Shown one piece after another: positions 1-13,744 of a stretch of 64,000 nt of DNA; the stretch's first letter is position 1, and every line of letters begins with the position of its first letter. The stretch is taken from positions 1,456,201 through 1,520,200 of the forward strand of contig NC_092679.1 in NCBI RefSeq assembly GCF_964355755.1, given 5' to 3'. This stretch comes from Antedon mediterranea. Lineage: Eukaryota > Animalia > Echinodermata. The position numbers were made by a program, and so were the translations under genes. Under the pieces are notes generated by a model. It had not been told where the DNA came from and made no database searches. It saw only the letters and a list, made by a program, of their open reading frames with translations.

Positions 1-42
1 GTTGCTGCAGTTTCATTTTAATAGTTGTTCCACTTCCAGATA
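1..42 (-). CDS. Probable downstream coding exon of the GPCR (C-terminal extension, runs off the window)
   Basis: Acceptor atttgtttttag at 43-44. The phase matches the 3757 donor (G|TA), reading ...CKQK-V-SGSGTTIKMKLQQ, open to the window edge. Confidence 0.5.
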
Positions 43-1339
43 CTAAAAACAAATATTTCATTCACTTTTATTGCTAAGAACAAATAAACCAGCAAACATG
101 GATAAATTGACTTATAAAATGTGACAATATGAGGTTAAAGACAAAGATGACTAATTCCATTAAATTATATAACAAATCCGGCTAAAATTCACATTAAATT
201 TGATATCAGGTGCCCATTAGTAATTAAGAGTTATATACTGTGTAATATTGGTTAGATGTAATCAATTTAATACATCTTGAATCATATTTTCAATTCAATT
301 TCAATTTCTTTTATTTCAAAAATATTTCATTCATATCAAAAAACGTACAAACAGGAAAAGTAAAAAAAAAAAATTCAAACACAAGCTTAAATTTATAGAA
401 TACTTATCAATCCATTTTACTGGTGGGAATTAGTCTAAATTACTATTAAACCAAATTCACTTTTCTTTTATAGAAGTACAAAGAATGTCATGAAAGACCT
501 ACTCGTATCATAAAAGAATATTACAGTACTAATTGATGAGTATTGTAGAATTGACAAGACAACAAACAGGTGTTACGATGCACATAAAATGGAGAGATAT
601 TCCTCGTCATCATTGTGTCATTGATTACTGAATAAAAGGAAACAACTTGTTCCCGAACAGGTGATGACATAAAATCATTCCGGATATGATGATGGATAAA
701 TACTTTTAAAAATCAATTAATTTATACTTAAATACAAAACTTATTTTTATCTTTCCTATTAAAGAGTGTTAGGCCTACTATAGCAATAGGTCAATATAGA
801 AAATGTAATTTTAATTTATTTAAAAACAGCCCAAAAATATTTTAGAATACTATACAGTACTCTTTTGTATTAAAAAAGAATAGTAACCATAGCTACAGTA
901 GCATGAGGCAGACAAGGAGGTCGCCTCGTCTGAAAAATATTAACTTCCCATCCCAATTCCCCCATAGAGATATTCATATTTTATATTAATAATTACCGTA
1001 TATTTAAGCATTTTGCCTCATCTGTTTTTAACCTCTCGCTACAGCCTTGAGTTATGCAATAATTAATATAAATAATGATGAAGCATATGATGTGTAATAT
1101 TTGTACATAATAATAGAGAAATTATAATTTTCTATACCGTAATTAATGATAGGAAAGCATAGCTGTGTTAATTAGTATAAATCATGTTTTCAATTATACT
1201 TGGACACTTATTCTATCAAGAATGCTAGAAAGCTTGCCAGCAACCTTGTTGTATTCAATATACAGTATATTAAAAAGGCTTCTATTTTATGCCATTAAAA
1301 GTATATTCTGTAGAAAACAAGCAACAAACTTAAGAACTA

Positions 1340-1619
1340 CTATATTTCTTCGGGTATACAGTAATCCCACTTCTGGTCTAATCCCACCCCCTAGTTTATG
1401 TCTGATTTTACAAACCGGCATATCCCAGGTATAGTCCCAGTATTGACTTTTGGTCTGGATGTAAGTCCCTCTCTAGCCAGTTCAGATGAGTTTTTACAAA
1501 ATATTCTTACCAATAATCTGTTTTCCAGTACCAGGGTTTCTCCGGGTATAGTCCCACCCCCAAAGTTGGCCCAATTTTGTGTTCTAGTGGGGTGGGATTT
1601 AACCAGAGGATATACGGTA
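1340..1619. mobile_element. Degenerate Tc1/mariner-pogo-like MITE
   Basis: Inverted ends CAGTA..CTGGTCTAATCCCACCCC / GGGGTGGGATTTAACCAGAGGATATACGG-TA, with internal repeats of TATAGTCCCA. Confidence 0.55.
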
Positions 1620-3691
1620 ATTGAAAAGGTTTCTATTTTATGCCATATAATAATTCTGCAGAAAACAAGAAACAACCTTTTAAAATTACTTGACAATGAC
1701 ATTGACAAGCATTTTTGTTATGAAAAGTTGAGTTTGACACCTTAGGGTTGTGTTCAAATTATTGTTGTACTAATTGTTTAACTTAACAGTGATTACCAAA
1801 CTTAAATTAGATTATTTACAATTAGTTAATTGTTCATAACAATGTGTATTTTAGTTAAATAATTGATTTAAGAAGCACTTAAAATTCCAGTGTTGCAATG
1901 AAACTTTGCTTGTTAGCCTGCTAACTTAATCGGATTTCCTGTTAAAATGTTCTGAATGGTCGAGTGTTTCCATAGAAGCAGACTACAATAGGTAAACTTG
2001 ACCAATGAGGCAAACTTATATTAAGAACTTGTGAAAAACTGGGTTTAATTATTTTAAAAAGCTGTTATAATCTAAAGATTGAAATACAACACCTTTAACT
2101 TGTGAAATTTTCCTTAATTTTTACAATCCAATTTATTGTAAAAGTATTTGAGATTAGTTGTTATTGTATTTTTTATTTGTGTGAACATGATCTGGGTTTA
2201 TTAAAGGTAATTTACACAAATTACATATTAAGTTAATTTTCTGCTCTTATTTACATTTTACAGTCTTAATCTCTGTCCAGACAACATATTGTGGAAGTCA
2301 CAGAGGAGTAGTTGTAGTAGTTGTTCCTGGGCACTTGACCATATGGCATTGGACGTTTGACCACTAACATTGTCATATTGTGTATACATCAATTTATTTT
2401 CAGGAGTACAACTACTAAAACATCAATAACCAACAACCTATACAGTATCTTAATAAAGCTCTTCTTAATGTTACTGCATTACTGACTGAATCAAGTATCA
2501 ACCAAGAAAGTCCTTCAGACTAAACTTGCATTGCCTACATTAACAACCTTCAATAAATTAAGAGAGCTAATTGGCCCCTGGATGTTATTAAAACATCTCT
2601 CGATTTATCTAAACTTGAAACTTGATCAATGCTATGCGAGATCACACATTGACAACACCTGGAATTGTTTTTATTGACAACATGGATTTGGCCTGTAGCC
2701 TAAAACCTGAAGAAATCTTGAAAAAGCAGAAATATAAATAATAACTATACTACACAACATCTATGTTTTAAATTTTGTGTAAAAACATATTCATTTAAGT
2801 ATACCTACTACCGTATAATATATATACCTCTTTTTTAAAACTAGTGCTACACTATTTTTAACAATCATCTAATTCTGAAACAATACTTGAAAAGTGACAT
2901 TTCTATAAACAAATATCTAAATTTAATCCAATTCCCATCAAAATTGTAATATAATATAAGCCTGTTGTTAAAATAGTTGCCGAACAAATTTGACTTAATT
3001 GAAATAGAAAATATTTAAGAAGGGTTAAACAGTTACAATTACATCGTAATTGAATGGGTTAAAAAAAGGGGGAAAAAATCAAAGTTGCCGAAAAAGAAAA
3101 CACGCTTTGTAGATTTAATCTGGAGGGTGGGATCCTTTGATAAGCATTGAACCAGGGTAATATTAAAAAGTAAACAATGGTAAGAAAATCTGTAAAGAAA
3201 TGTACCAATATAAGATTGTGTTTGATTGTTGATTAGAACGGATTAATGCATTGGAGTCTTCAGGTCAAGTGTGTACATTAACAAAGAAATTAATTGGATT
3301 ATTATACAACATTTCTTTATTTCTATTTTTTTGTAAAATCTATAGGAGTTAGAAAAGGTAATCTAACACTGTTTTTGCAGTAAAAAAGGTTACTTTCTCT
3401 TGAAAACAGACATTGCTATAAGGAATTCCCTACTGATAACATGCAACAACATTTTATCTATTATTGCCATGTGATTCAAACTCCTAACAACGAGACATTG
3501 CTAAAGCTTGGTTCCTTCTTAAGCAAGGCATGGAAGTAATCTCACTGCAAGTAATTTGACCAATCACAACAACTAACTTAGGTTATGCCTACGTTGTTGA
3601 AATGCGTCCAAATGGGAACCAAGTCCTAGCAACAGTTACGGAATCAAATATATTGATCAAAAAGTAAAAATAAAATAATCTATAATCTTTA

Positions 3692-4675
3692 TTAGGAGTT
3701 TGAATCACATCTTTTATATATCATTTTACACATTAAAAAAAATTGATGTATTATACCTTTTTGTTTACAAGAATGTAGAAAAAGACCAACTCGTCCTTGC
3801 TCCATTCCGAGCGTCGCAAGATATAGCAACGGATTAACAATCGATTCAAACGGTAACACAAATCCAAATACCCACTGGATTAATCCCGTGCTTATCGACG
3901 AACCAGCATACGCGTTAAATCCAATAACCAATACGGGAATCCAACAAACAGTGGTTGCTAATATGATGAACGAAAAACGCTTGGCAAATACTATTTCACG
4001 CCTTATAACGCGTGCTTCCATCGGTATGGCCATTACCAATGTGTTTTTCTGTCGTTGTAATTGACAAATTATTAACAATATTTCCAGTGAGATTGTGAGA
4101 ACGACAAACGCAGAGTAACAGAACAAGACTAACGTATAAATCCACAAAGATTCTTGCGGTGGTCTGAGCACTAAACACAAAGTGTTCCAATATGTTTGCA
4201 CGGTGGGTTTAAAATATTGCACAGGAAGGTATGGAACGGAAGATAAGCCAAACATTGCTACCCATTCCAATAAAATTAAGATTTTATAAAATGATAGATA
4301 GTTTTTTGTTCTACGGAACTTTTTTGGGAAGAGTTTGCCAAGGAGAAGGTTCGTAGCCATTGTGATCATAATCGTCAGAGTAATGTTAAAAGCCAACGTT
4401 CCTATGAATCCTGTTACATTGCAAAGAGGCTGAAACTGTTGAAGTCGTTCCGGTTGAGTGTCCAGCGAGAAGATGGCGTCCATTGCAGCAATCAGAATCA
4501 GATACACGGACACTAAAAAGTTTGCGATACACAGGTTGTGTAAAAAGAAGCTTGTGATTCTGCATTCTCGTTTTTGCAACAAACGAACGACAAGACAAAA
4601 AACGTTGAGGAAAATTGACACAACAATGCACGTCCAAATAAATCCAATTAAAATATTTGAAGCAAAGAGCCCCAT
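3692..4675 (-). CDS. Class A GPCR, relaxin receptor/LGR (RXFP/GRL101-like) 7TM domain, main exon
   Basis: 327-aa ORF with seven hydrophobic segments: TM1 'ILIGFIWTCIVVSIFLNVF', TM2 'LHNLCIANFLVSVYLILIAAMD', a TM3 Cys ('PLCNVTGFIGT'), ECL2 'NTLCL', TM6 'AKRFSFIILATTVCWIP' and TM7 'FVLPFESIVNPLLY', all typical of RXFP/LGR TM domains. A likely donor (AAAG|gtataa) lies after 3757 and an acceptor (tttttcag) at 4746-4747. Confidence 0.85.
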   Translation of the reverse strand: MGLFASNILIGFIWTCIVVSIFLNVFCLVVRLLQKRECRITSFFLHNLCIANFLVSVYLILIAAMDAIFSLDTQPERLQQFQPLCNVTGFIGTLAFNITLTIMITMATNLLLGKLFPKKFRRTKNYLSFYKILILLEWVAMFGLSSVPYLPVQYFKPTVQTYWNTLCLVLRPPQESLWIYTLVLFCYSAFVVLTISLEILLIICQLQRQKNTLVMAIPMEARVIRREIVFAKRFSFIILATTVCWIPVLVIGFNAYAGSSISTGLIQWVFGFVLPFESIVNPLLYLATLGMEQGRVGLFLHSCKQKGIIHQFFLMCKMIYKRCDSNS

Positions 4676-7600
4676 CTTGCTTGTATTCTCTTCTTCGTAC
4701 TATTCCACAACTTTTATCATCTTTAATTGTTGAGTTGGTTTTGGGCTGAAAAATAAAGATCAAATGTTGTAATTTTCAATGTACTTAAATATTATGTAAC
4801 TTATCTTGACTACCTTGAAGACATTATATAATTTATAACTGTAAATATGTTTGCACTCCTTTTATTTATAACTGAAAATATGTTTATAACTATAAATATG
4901 TAGTAAACACATTTAATTTTTAACTATAAATATGTTTGTACATCTTTAATTTTTAACTATAGATATTTTTACAAACTTTTAATTTCTAACATGTTCGCAC
5001 AACTTTGATTTACAATTATAGATATTTGTACACACTTTTGATTTATATGTTTGCACACCTTTTATTTATAAAGATTTAATCCAACAATTACTGTACATTT
5101 ACTATAAACAAAATGAATTGAAACTAAAACCTAAAGTGCCTTCTGGCAATTTACTATATAAGCATTCACTTATAAAAATATTTGTAATGTGTCAATTAGA
5201 GTAGTAGTCATAATAATAGTTAATTAATTATTATATTTGTAACCTTAACCTAGTAACACCACAAGTGGAAACATTTAATTAAATTATGTAGGCCTACTTA
5301 TTAAATAGGTCTGGAATATAAATTTTAAAATGGTTTTAAAACTTGAAAATAAAATAATGTATTTTATAGGATTATTAATATTATTATTATTATTATTTAT
5401 TTATATATAAATTTATGTGCATATAACAGCAAACTTAACCCATTAATAAGAATTGAAAAGATGCCTCACAGGTGGCAGGTGCGTGCTAAGCAGAAAACAC
5501 GTGGCGAAAATCCACCTGGAATACCTGAGCTAAAGTCTGCTCTGTAGAGTGATGGGTCGACGGGAGCGATTTGCAGCGATAGGCCTAGCCTTGCTGGTTA
5601 AAGGTGGTGCATATTTGCCTTAATAAAACTCTATTAATCTCAGTGGTTCTTTAGGTTTTCATCGTTTTTCTACTTACCAAATACCCGCCGAACATAGTTT
5701 TACAAAAAACACGCATTTTAAGGTTAATTTATTAATTAAATAAGAAATTTAAAGTGACCAGCAAACTTATCACTGAGCACACTCCAAATTTTCTTCCAGG
5801 CACATACGATATGGAACGCCAAGGAAATTAGCCCTGTTCTTAGACGCTAACATCGCATTAACAAAAAATATTGAAAATGTATAAAGAAATTGCAAATCTA
5901 ATCCTTTTCATTTTCCATGCCGATTGGATCATGCCATACTGTAGCTGAAAATATAGCTGGACCAAGTGTATATTATTCATGAAAACGTTTTTATGGTAAA
6001 AACATGCATTAATTCATATTTAATAGCAAATACATTGAAATAACGCACTCGGTAAAATATTTTATACTATTATTATTTAACAACAAATTCTGCTTACACG
6101 AACTAACTACAAACTATTACAAACTCACCGAAATATTAAAATATCCAGTTACAAAAACATGTGCCAACCACTTTGACCACTGTCCGAATGCTCACTCAGA
6201 AATTAAACACAACTTTAATGTCGATTGCAATGAATCATTGTGTGTGTTGAGCGGTGACTGAGAGCAGTTACATTCTTGACAAATCTAATTTTGCATCCCC
6301 GGATAAGTAAATTAACGTCTTTCCTATTCTAAAGCAGCAGTCTTACTTGTTCGCCTACTGCCTGCTCAACCGCGTTTACTTTGCATCATAATTTTCCTTT
6401 TTAATAAACTCGCGCACTGACGATGTTAATTCTGCGCATGAGTGGTAACGCCAGAAACGTTTGTGTTTCTGCAAAGAGGCATCGGGCACGCGTTTATCTC
6501 AGCACAGTAGGGGTTTTGTTATCCTCTAGGCATCACGATTGATATTTCTCACGCGAGAAGGTTCATGAAATAGGTCATTAGTTAGAAGAATGCTTCCATG
6601 CCTACGGCGTTCAGTCGTCAGCCACGCGAGTTTGTTTTGGACTTACAAAAATGATGGTTCAATGGTTCACTTATTACTGCTAAAGTTTGTTGCAAACAAT
6701 TGCCCCATAGTACGTCTTAAGTATATCCGTAGTGCGCTCGACAGAAAACAAACTTTCCTTACAGAGTATTAATGCGCGATGATACAAAGACGGACGGACA
6801 TACAAACATACCGACAGAAATATGACAGAAATATGACAGAAATATGCTTATACAGCAGTTAAGGACCGGCTTCATACATCAGGTTTAAACAGGTCCATAG
6901 ATATACTACGGTTGCGTATGCGACGATAAAGTTAGACGCGCACGCATTGTCATTAGCTTGTTTTATTTTGATTCCTGTGTAAGTAAATATGACGTTTTAG
7001 GTGAGATGTGGGCTCATGATGAAAAAGGTACATTTATACTAATATTTCTAAATGTCGGTAACCTCAATAATACGTTTCCGCTTCCTTGTTCTTCTCCGTT
7101 TTTCTATCATCTTTCGTTTCGTGGTTATCTGTACACGTCAGGCAAAGAAATCGATTTAGAAACTTGATTGGTTACCAACAGTATAGTCTGTTTAGTGTTA
7201 AACGCGCAAAAAAAACGCAATCTGTCAGCTATTTCGGCTTTTTGCAAAATACAGCTATCAACCTCTACAACTTTTTGGTCCATGGATTGATTCTTGGATT
7301 GGCTTCCACTACAACCAACGATTCACAAAGGTCATACCAGACTATCCGCTCCCCTTCAAAATCATGGGTGCCCAGATTGTCATCAATGACCTCACGGACC
7401 GTTACATTAGATATTTTAATGGCAGTAATTGAGCTATGTTTTATCAATCATAATGATTTTTTTCTTTTATTTTTGGTTTTCATAGCAAAAAAAAATCCAG
7501 ATCAATTGGAATGACCCAAAGGCAAACCGTTTTATAATATCGATATTATGGTTTGAAAGGAAGCGCTCATAATAAACAAACAGGTGAGAAACTTTGTCTT

Positions 7601-8449
7601 GTTTTGTGTTTTATCCCGAGATGACCTCTAAGCAGGTGTGAGATTCATCAACGCTTACTGGAAGTTGGAAAAAAAAATACATGCATATTTAGCGCACCAT
7701 ACATATTAGAATTAAAGCAACGCAAAGACGTAAGCGAAGCGCAAGAAATTTGACGACAAATCACAAGCGATGGATTAGTTGATGTCGCTTGCCACAGTCA
7801 TCGCCTGCATTGCGATTTTACGTCCTTGCACATTACAAACCAAAAATAAGGACACATTAAGTAGCCTATAAGAAGTAAGAGCCACACTGAGAAGAGATAC
7901 ATATTTTCAATTTTAACAAACGGTAAAGGATGATGCACCCTATATATAATAGCAACTCCACGTGATTGTGTATGTTATATTGTCACCAAACGCGTACTAC
8001 TAGTGTGTGGTCCATTATGCGTTTCGAGATTTAATTATGACTCATCTATTAACCTATATAAGGTAACATTGTAATACAAAACGACATATCAAATATATAG
8101 GAAATTCATGATAGACAGTTTGACTCTTTTGTCATGACATCAAAAGTTCATCTAAAACAGTGGGATAATATCGGCGCGTGTCTAACGTGTGTTTGAACAT
8201 TCAAGAGGTCTTTAAAGATGCCAAAAAAATGTAGTCCTATAGAAACTGATGTTCACTTGAATTATTAGGAATAAAAGTACATTTATGGTATTGTGGAAAA
8301 AGATGCGCTGTTAGATATAGGCGCAGAGGCGCGTGAAAATGTACAAATTGAGGGCGGTAATCCAAACTTATGATTTATAACGACATCGTGAATTCAATCA
8401 AAGTCCCTATAAGCCTACGAACAATAATTACAAATTCCGAGATTGAATA

Positions 8450-8616
8450 GTTACGCGTATAGTGAGAGCGACTGCTGGAAACTCGTAGTGACCGATCGAA
8501 AATACGCGTAGTAAGCGACCGGGGAGAAATACTCGTAGTAACGGATCGGAAATACGCGTAGTAACCGTTCGGAAATACGCGTAGTAACGGATCGGAAATA
8601 CGCGTAGTAAGCGACC
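8450..8616. repeat. ~21-bp tandem repeat (CGGAAATACGCGTAGTAA core)
   Basis: Six to seven imperfect copies. One more core occurs near 8831, beyond an inserted MITE. Confidence 0.85.
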
Positions 8617-8620
8617 ATAA

Positions 8621-8799
8621 AGCGTGGTTCCCACTAGCGACGCAACACAAGGACGTAACGCAACGCAAGTGAATTGACCAATCACAAGCGATGGCTTATT
8701 CGCTTGTGATTGCTAACTGTCTATAACTTCGCTTGTCATTGGTTAAAACGCTTGCGTTGCGTTTACGTCCTTGCGTTACGTTCTAGTGGGAACCAAGCA
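8621..8799. mobile_element. MITE family B (PIF/Harbinger-like)
   Basis: TIRs AGCGTGGTTCCCACTAG / CTAGTGGGAACCAAGCA, with TAA on both flanks. Near-identical inverted copy at 12904-13100. Confidence 0.9.
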
Positions 8800-10238
8800 T
8801 AAGTATACACGGCACGCAGATAGAAACAGTAATACGCGTAGTGAATGACTATTTGGATTGGCAGCATTATAATAGATGACAATTTCTTTGCCATTTCCAC
8901 TACTGTGGCATGCGATTAAAGAAAATAACTCACTAGACAAACACGTATCACAATAGCATTATCTATGTAGGCCTACTCTCGATCTGAGAGAGAGCAACAC
9001 AGCTTAAGCCTGCACTCCAAAAACGAACGCTGCTGACACGCTGATTCCAATGCATTGTCTCTTGTTCTTATGTGTCGTATGTCAATCACATTGATTGACA
9101 GGCGATAGATGGTATTTAATGAGCTTAATTGATCTGACAAGACAGATAACACGATTTATCCGTAAAGTGCATTACCGATCTCCTCTATTTCTTTCTCACA
9201 CGATTCTATTCAGAATGTCATTTTCATCTGTCGTGTTGATGATGAGTTCTAGGTATCAGGAAGATTAAGTTCTGTGCTTTACTGTTGAGTAGCTCTTTCA
9301 CATAGAATGGGGTAGAAATAAGAAAAACAAAAGCACTGTTGTGGATTAAATGGGCATGGGTGAGGTTCGTTGATTGAAAACGATTTTCTCAACCAATCAC
9401 TCATCCCCTACACCCACAAAAAAAGCCACTTCACACTTCACATTATTAATGTATTGATATTCATCCACATCATTTCCTACGTTAAACACTGTCTACACTA
9501 TCAAACTAGTTTGACAATAAAAGGATGTGCCCATTGTTGTGATATACATAGGGCGAAACGGCAATTCGTTAAAAACGTACCTATAGGTACTTAATATTTA
9601 GATATGCTTAAATATGGTAGTGATATGACAACATCATGTCCATATATGGGCACATCACATTTGTTTTTGTCACATAAAGTTTGACAAATGACAATTCATC
9701 TAACTATCGGTTTTGGAAGCTTCATAAAAGTGAACAATCCCCGTATACATGGTCTTTTTCATCATTAAAATGGAGTTATTGATCGACCATTTCAACTTGT
9801 ATGAGTTTCGTAACTTACAAATTGAACGAGATTAGTGTTTAGGCCCCCGATAATACTACTTAGTACTAGTCCTATAAGCTTGTTATCTGTTTAAACGAAA
9901 TGATCAATACCTAATGCCTCTCACTCCTAAATCTTTGTTGTTTGGAAAAGGCACCTTATTTTATAAAATCCAGTCACTGCTAATAACACGTTATTTATCG
10001 ATTGCGTATTTAAGGATTAGGCCTACATCGTGGTGGTGGTAATAGGCCTACTTGGATTCCTGTATTAAACTTTGCGGGCCTTCTTGCTAAGAAACATCAT
10101 GGATATAGCCTACTCCGATCCTGTGTATCGAATAGTTGTATTAATTATGTTATGTTGATGAAAGAGCTCAATTAAGATCAAAGTATACGGTACTTTATTT
10201 ATACATTTAAAGAATGTTTCCCATTACAGTTGTTTTTA

Positions 10239-10404
10239 AGCTTGGTCCACTAGGACGCAACGCAAGGAATAGACGAACGCAAAGATGTAGGCCTAGACGC
10301 AACGCAATATAGAGCAGTTAATACTCTCAAATGACAGTGATTGGTCAAATCACTTGCATTGCGCTTACGATGTCCTTGCGTAGCCTCCTAGTGGGATACA
10401 AGCT
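10239..10404. mobile_element. MITE family B, diverged copy
   Basis: AGCTTGGTCCACTAGG ... CCTAGTGGGATACAAGCT with TTA on both flanks. Further degenerate copies lie near 3505-3624, 7715-7830, 11924-12065, 61258-61430, 63130-63250 and 63739-63845. Confidence 0.8.
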
Positions 10405-10794
10405 TTACATTCTACTAAACGATAAGACGGTGTTCTCTCTCCCCATGCTACGAACTAAATCTATTCAATGGGAAGGTATACTCTTAATACAGGATGATGA
10501 ACCAACAATTCACTTCAATCAGTTTGAAATTCCACTCCCTAATACTTTCCATGCTCTTTGTCTTTAGTGTCTTACCAATGATTCCAACTTAGGAATACTA
10601 AGCCTAATTGTATAAAACTAAACGCAAATCTTGTAGACTCTAACCCTCCCAAATCTCCATAGGCCTATTTTGCATAAGACACGTTCAACATCTTTAATGA
10701 GGCGGAAAAGAAGAGATGATACAGGAAAAGAAAAGTGAAATGCCAATAGATGATTTATGTAGTAATTGTCAAATCATGTTCGTGCCTACACAAA

Positions 10795-11042
10795 CCCTGC
10801 GTACGAAATTAATTGAACAGGCCTACGGAATTCCTTAATACGGAATTCCTTACGTACGGAATTACTTGAATAGGCCTACGGAATTCCTTACGTATACGGA
10901 ATTACTTGAATAGGCCTACGGAATTCCTTAATACGGAATTCCCTACGTACGGACGGATTACTTGAATAGGCCTACCGAATTCCATAATACGGAATCCCTT
11001 ACGTACGGACGGAATTACTTGAATAAGTCTACAGAATTCCTT
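10795..11042. repeat. Compound tandem repeat (GAATTACTTGAATAGGCCTACGGAATTCCTTA..)
   Basis: About five imperfect units built from TACGGAATT sub-repeats. Confidence 0.85.
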
Positions 11043-12903
11043 GGGTCTCCGTGGTGAGTCCGATTACAGGTTAGAGACTATACCAACAGGAACAAGGGTA
11101 ATTCTTTTCGTTTTGGATCAGTCATAAAAAGGGTTACGGTACTGAAGGAAAACTAGTGACTGATCACGGAGGAAAATATATATGCTCTGACTTACTTTTA
11201 TTCTATGAATATAGTTCCTCTGCATTCCGGGATCCTTCGCTCAATAATAAGTTCATCAGTAATATCCTTAGGGCCTAAATATTTTGTAAACTTTTGACAT
11301 TGTCATGCCACGAAGTTCCATCCAATTGTTATAATATTAGATAGGCCTACTAACCTGTCATAAAGGCACTATTCGGTAATATTTGTTTACAATCACTTCT
11401 CTTGTTCCAGTTTACACAATCAAGTTTGTCAAAGCACTTGAAGTCGCCCCAGCTCATGCAAAAGAACCAATTTTACAGCGTGTACATTTATGAGACAAGA
11501 TAACACGATGTTAGTAGCGAGTAACTGCAAACTTTAGCTTTAACGGATAAGTCAGCGAGGAATTAGTTTCAACCATGCTTAAAGACACTCCTCCTAGATA
11601 GTGAACAGTCGTGTATTGTTGAGCAGCAACACGGATGAATGCGTACATTCAACAACATATCTATTGTCGTGTGAAAGGCAATTAAGTGAAGAGTAATTAA
11701 ACAAAATCTATCTATATAGAATGTTATACAATAAATGATCGTATTTCCACAAAGGAACAATTGTTTTGAAGTGGGTATAATATAAGTCACAGTCGATTTA
11801 CATATGCTGGCGTTCAACCTATTGTTATCATTTTGATAAGTTTATATTCGGGGGGACGGGGGTGCCGTAGGGGGTGAAGTGCCGTACATTGCCGCGCTCT
11901 CTGCATGTCGCTGTATTAAATTTTGGTTCCCACTAGAACGTACAAACACGTAATCACGATACGATGGATATCAAACCAAGAGTGTTATGTAGCTAGTTTC
12001 CTTCTTATTGGTCAATTTACTTGCGTTGTGCGTACGCCATTGCGTTACGTCATAGGTAGGAAGCTATCATATTGTAGAAATCATTAATTGATAATGATAT
12101 GTTTCAGCAACTTGTGTTTTTTGGAAGTAGTGACGCCGATTGATTGATTGATTAGATTGAGTAATATAATTACATTGATTATGCTTTAATGAGTCATCAG
12201 TCCTTGTTTGTAAACATTTTGCCTAATTAATTACCTAGGGAACATGCAAGCGTTATGTAATGTCCAGATGGTATTTAATGTCAATTACTGCATTAATGTG
12301 CAGAAATTAATTTAAAAACATTGACAAATGTATATAATAAACAATTTCACGAAGTTCTTTGACTTAACGTTATTATTACGCGTGAAAAAATGGTGAAATG
12401 AAGGGCTGAGCTTAATCCTATCTTTTGCATTACAATTTGAAGACGACCCCTTGGATCCGCCCCAGCGTATATATTGCATAAAACATTAGTATAATATAAT
12501 TTGACACAGATAAAGAGATGATGGAAACAAATTAATTGCAACATTTATTTCATTTATTTCTTCATCGACATGTTGCCATAGCAATTACACTACAAGCGTT
12601 TTGATGACGTCATCATATTACACACATCGTGTGATTTATTTAATTGCAGTGGAGTATCTAAAGTAGGGGAGGGAGGGACCAATCAAGAAATTGTTTCGCT
12701 TGCTCGAAACCTTTTTTCATACAATATGAAACATTTTTCTATTCATAATTAATAATCTGAATTTTGACGGGATATAATTACTATAACTGCACTTAGATGC
12801 ACCACTGCCGCCGCCACAATATCGTATTTTTCTCAGCACTACAAGATACATTGTACACGATACAATCTCTCATTATTATGTGTTGTAAGTCAAAATTCTT
12901 TAA

Positions 12904-13100
12904 AGCTTGGTTCCCACTAGAACGTAACGCAAGGACGTAAACGCAACGCAAGCGTTTTAACCAATGACAAGCGAAGTTATAGACAGTTAGCAATCACAAG
13001 CGAATAAGCCATCGCTTGTGATTGGTCAATTCACTTGCGTTGCGTTACGTCCTTGCGTTGCGTTACGTCCTTGCGTTGCGTCGCTAGTGGGAACCACGCT
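12904..13100. mobile_element. MITE family B (PIF/Harbinger-like)
   Basis: TIRs AGCTTGGTTCCCACTAG / CTAGTGGGAACCACGCT with TAA TSD; internal ACGCAACGCAAG and CCAATCACAAGCG repeats. Confidence 0.9.
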
Positions 13101-13744
13101 TAACTTGGTTGCTTCATTCTAAGTAATATTTAGAAAACCTATAATTTACAAAATTTTGAGAAAATAATGTATTGCAATTTCAGACAGAAGTAGTTGTAAC
13201 CAAAATTCCAAAACAAATAATATTGAAATACTTTCTTGGAGTTTCATCAAGAAATAAAATAAAACATTTAAATAATTGGGTGTATTTTTTATATATATTA
13301 TATCTTTTAACATTCAATAAAAAAAATACAATTAGATTAGAACCTATTAAGAGGATAATTATTGGATGTGCCTCCTTCATTTGGGCTCTACAACATAAAA
13401 AAAAACAACAAAAAAATTTTAATAATTGCATGAATTATTATTCAAATAATAATCTATAACATCACATAAATAATTCTGTAATAAATTTTAAAACAGATAA
13501 ACCATTGTCATTTTAAATAATAAAAACTAAACCCATCACAACTAAATACAATTGTAAATAAAAAAAATAAAATAGATTTGCGAAATATACTCTAATCAAT
13601 AATTCAATAAATCAATAAATTAGCAGCTTTAAATCAAAATGATCAATTGACTGAGTCACAAATCAACATGATCTTAAAACCTTTCTATTACATCCTTTCA
13701 AATACCACCTATAAAATATTTACATAACCAAAATTTAACACTAT

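Noticed and set aside
1165-1745. Three overlapping short ORFs
   Set aside because: They coincide with a MITE and contain no recognisable domain.
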